Source: Mycobacteriales bacterium (GTDB lineage: Bacteria; Actinomycetota; Actinomycetes; Mycobacteriales; SCTD01). Taken from it: DNA of 64,000 nt. Below the pieces are notes generated by a model. It worked only from the letters and a program-made list of their open reading frames with translations, did no database searches and had not been told where the DNA came from. Both the position numbers and the translations under genes were made by a program. Below are positions 61,542-64,000 of the stretch, piece by piece. Within the stretch, counting starts at the first letter, position 1; every line of letters starts with the position of its first letter. The stretch covers positions 4,936 to 68,935 of the forward strand of contig JBKJSN010000019.1 in assembly GCA_046595815.1 (NCBI GenBank), given 5' to 3'.

Positions 61542-62320
61542 TGGGGCGGATCGAAGAGCTCTTCACCGCATGCCGTTCTGAGGGGCGTGCTGCGCTTGTG
61601 GGCTACCTGCCGGTCGGTTTCCCGTCGTACCAAGCCTCCGTCGACGCGATGCTCGCGATGGTGGACGGGGGAGTGGACCTCGTCGAGGTGGGCGTGCCGT
61701 ACTCCGACCCCGGGATGGATGGCCCTGTCATCCAGGTCGCCGTGGATGCGGCTCTGAAGGCGGGGTCGCGCGTGGCGCACGTCTTCGACGCGGTCCGGGC
61801 GGTGAGCGCCGTCGCGCCGACTGTGGTGATGGGTTACTGGAACCCCATCGAGAAGCAAGGCCCCGGCCGCTTCGCCGAGCAGCTCGTCGCTGCAGGGGGG
61901 AGCGGCGCGATCACGCCCGACCTCATCCCCGAGGAGGCGGGTCCCTGGCTGCAGGCAGCGCGTGCCAACGACCTCGACCCGGTCTTCCTCGTCGCGCCGT
62001 CGAGCACCGACGCACGGATCGCGGTGGTGGGGCGGACGAACCGCGGGTTCGTGTACGCCGCGTCGACGATGGGGGTGACGGGCACGCGCTCCGCAGTGGG
62101 GGATCGAGCGGAGGAGCTCGTCGCTCGGGTCCGCGCGCACACTGACCTTCCGGTCTGCGTGGGACTCGGCGTGAGCAACGGCGAGCAGGCGGCCGAGGTG
62201 GCCGCCTACGCCGACGGGGTGATCGTTGGCTCGGCCTTCGTCAGGGCGTTGCAGGAGGGTGGGGCCGACGCGGTGCGAGCTCTCGCCCAGGACCTCGCTG
62301 CCGGCGTTCGTCGCCGCTGA
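61541..62320 (+). CDS. trpA: Tryptophan synthase alpha chain
   Basis: EVGVPYSDP, DGPVIQ, YWNP, GVTG, ADGVIVGSA. Confidence 0.96.
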   Translation: MGRIEELFTACRSEGRAALVGYLPVGFPSYQASVDAMLAMVDGGVDLVEVGVPYSDPGMDGPVIQVAVDAALKAGSRVAHVFDAVRAVSAVAPTVVMGYWNPIEKQGPGRFAEQLVAAGGSGAITPDLIPEEAGPWLQAARANDLDPVFLVAPSSTDARIAVVGRTNRGFVYAASTMGVTGTRSAVGDRAEELVARVRAHTDLPVCVGLGVSNGEQAAEVAAYADGVIVGSAFVRALQEGGADAVRALAQDLAAGVRRR

Positions 62321-62324
62321 CAGC

Positions 62325-63491
62325 TCACCGGCTGTTGCGGCGGATCCAGTCGTTCAGCGCGGGGTACAGCACCGCCTGACCCTCCGGGCCGACGAGCATC
62401 GCCACATGACCGGCCGTGCACTGAACCTGCTCCACCTCTAGTCCTGGGACCGACCCGAGGGCAGTCGAGGAGGCCGGCGGGACGATGTGGTCCCGGACGG
62501 TGGTCACGACCAGGATGGGCAATCCAGCGAGCCGTCGCAGGTCGCTGCCGACGCCGCCCATCACCAGGCCACCACGGACCAGGGAGTTGCTGCGCGCGAG
62601 GTCGACGACGTCGAACAGCAGCGCGCCGGACACCGGCGTCTGCTCCCAGGCCCAGCGCCCCAGCGCACCGGCCGCCGTGCGCCGGAACGCATCAGCCCGC
62701 AGGCGCAGCACCTTGCGCATCGTCTTGACCGCTTGCGGTCGCAGCGCGTGGAAGGCCTCCCTGATCACGGCCGGTGGCACCAGCCCGTTGCCGTCCAGGA
62801 CCGCGCCGGGCAGCACGAAGGGGCGGCGCAACAGCTGGAAGAAGCCGCCGGCCGACTCGGTGTCGAGGGGCGCCGCGAGCAGCGAGAGCGACTGCGCAAC
62901 CCCGTGCCCTTGCGCCGCGTGAACGGCCACGGCGAGGGTTCCGCCCGCGCAGTAGCCCACCACGTGCACGCGCTGACCGGTGTGGGACGCCACGACCTGC
63001 TCGGCCTGCCACAACGCCCCGCCGTAGGCATCGAGCCCCCAGTTGGCCTCCCTCGCGGACACGGTGCCCCAGTCGAGCAGCCACACGTCATGTCCCTGTT
63101 GCAGCAGCGACTCCACCAGGCTCAGCCCTGGAGTCAGGTCCAGCACGCTCGGTCGCGTGACGAGGGAGTGCACGAGCAGGACGGGCACCCCACCGGGAGT
63201 CCCCTGGTAGCGAGAGAGCTGCACCGGGCCGTGGGTCCAGACGACCCAGCGCCGCGTCATCGCGGTGGGGGTCCGGTGCAGTCCCAGCGCCAGCTCGAGC
63301 AGGTGCGGCCACGCAGGTACGGCGAGCGCCACCGTCAGCCAGAACGCCCGGATGCCTCGGGTCGCACGGATCAGGGCGTTGGGCCGGAGCTGGCGTCGCC
63401 GGGTACTTCGGAGCAGGAGTAGGTACTCCACCCAGAACCCACTCGCGGCGAGCGCCACCAGGACACCCGCCACGATCTGGGTCAACAGCAT
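62325..63491 (-). CDS. PhaC (class III PHA synthase)-like alpha/beta hydrolase with N-terminal TM segments
   Basis: TP..., PVLLVHSLV..P.VLDL, LLDWG, GYCAGG (Cys nucleophile box), RDHIVP, GHV. Confidence 0.75.
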   Translation of the reverse strand: MLLTQIVAGVLVALAASGFWVEYLLLLRSTRRRQLRPNALIRATRGIRAFWLTVALAVPAWPHLLELALGLHRTPTAMTRRWVVWTHGPVQLSRYQGTPGGVPVLLVHSLVTRPSVLDLTPGLSLVESLLQQGHDVWLLDWGTVSAREANWGLDAYGGALWQAEQVVASHTGQRVHVVGYCAGGTLAVAVHAAQGHGVAQSLSLLAAPLDTESAGGFFQLLRRPFVLPGAVLDGNGLVPPAVIREAFHALRPQAVKTMRKVLRLRADAFRRTAAGALGRWAWEQTPVSGALLFDVVDLARSNSLVRGGLVMGGVGSDLRRLAGLPILVVTTVRDHIVPPASSTALGSVPGLEVEQVQCTAGHVAMLVGPEGQAVLYPALNDWIRRNSR

Positions 63492-63549
63492 GGCGGCAGG
63501 CTAGTGGCGTCTGAGGTCCGGCGCCGGACTCCCGCCTAGGCTGCCCTAC

Positions 63550-64000
63550 GTGCCCCTTACGTCAATCCCCAGCCCGTCCTCCGGCGTCCTGTACCTCGGA
63601 CCGGTGCCGCTGCGCGCCTACGCCGCATCGATCCTGCTCGGTGTCCTCGTCGCCGTGTTCTACGGCGACCGTCGCTGGGTGGCCCGGGGTGGCGAGAAGG
63701 GGGTCGTGGCCGACATCGCGGCAACCGCCGTACCCGCCGGGCTTGTCGGTGCACGGCTGTACCACGTCATCACCACGCCGGCGGAGTACCTCAAGCACCC
63801 GATCGAGGCGCTCTACATCTGGCACGGCGGCCTGGGGATCTGGGGCGGCATCGCCGGCGGTGCCCTTGGCGCGTGGTTCGTGCTGCGCCGGCGCGGCATC
63901 CCCTTCGCCGACTTCTGCGACGCCCTCGCGCCCGCGCTTCCGATCGCGCAGGCCATCGGACGCTTCGGGAACTACTTCAACCAAGAGCTCTACGGCAAGG
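63550..64000 (+). CDS. lgt: Prolipoprotein diacylglyceryl transferase (partial, runs off window end)
   Basis: IPSP, LRAYA, GARLYHVIT, IWHGGLGIWG, AQAIGRFGNYFNQELYG. Confidence 0.95.
   Translation, partial: MPLTSIPSPSSGVLYLGPVPLRAYAASILLGVLVAVFYGDRRWVARGGEKGVVADIAATAVPAGLVGARLYHVITTPAEYLKHPIEALYIWHGGLGIWGGIAGGALGAWFVLRRRGIPFADFCDALAPALPIAQAIGRFGNYFNQELYGK

Noticed and set aside
57383-62320. Missing trpF, trpG and trpD in the trp cluster
   Set aside because: Normal for actinobacteria: PriA supplies TrpF activity and trpD/trpG are usually located elsewhere.

Overview
High-GC actinobacterial chromosomal window with about 65 mostly housekeeping genes. These cover the glk/plsC/pfkA/class II DAHP synthase/PASTA kinase region, TPP-riboswitch thiGH, efeU, the rnd-response regulator-DUF3000-hemE region, and the his/trp cluster ending in lgt. 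I recognised no rRNA, tRNA, CRISPR array or transposase. Three things stand out. (1) A translationally coupled three-gene module at 39187-43186: a secreted subtilisin-type protease ending in 11 tandem Trp-containing pentapeptides (ASSWG-like), a multi-pass membrane receptor with no catalytic output domain, and a HisKA_3 histidine kinase. It lies divergent to an intact NarL/LuxR response regulator and is a candidate protease/peptide signalling system. (2) A complete-looking transcription attenuator upstream of a class I-beta DAHP synthase, whose 18-aa leader peptide carries W-Y-G-F (all three aromatic amino acids). (3) An XRE-HTH/MurA fusion with a perfect 18-bp palindrome just upstream of its start codon. 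All calls come from reading motifs by eye; no database searches were run.
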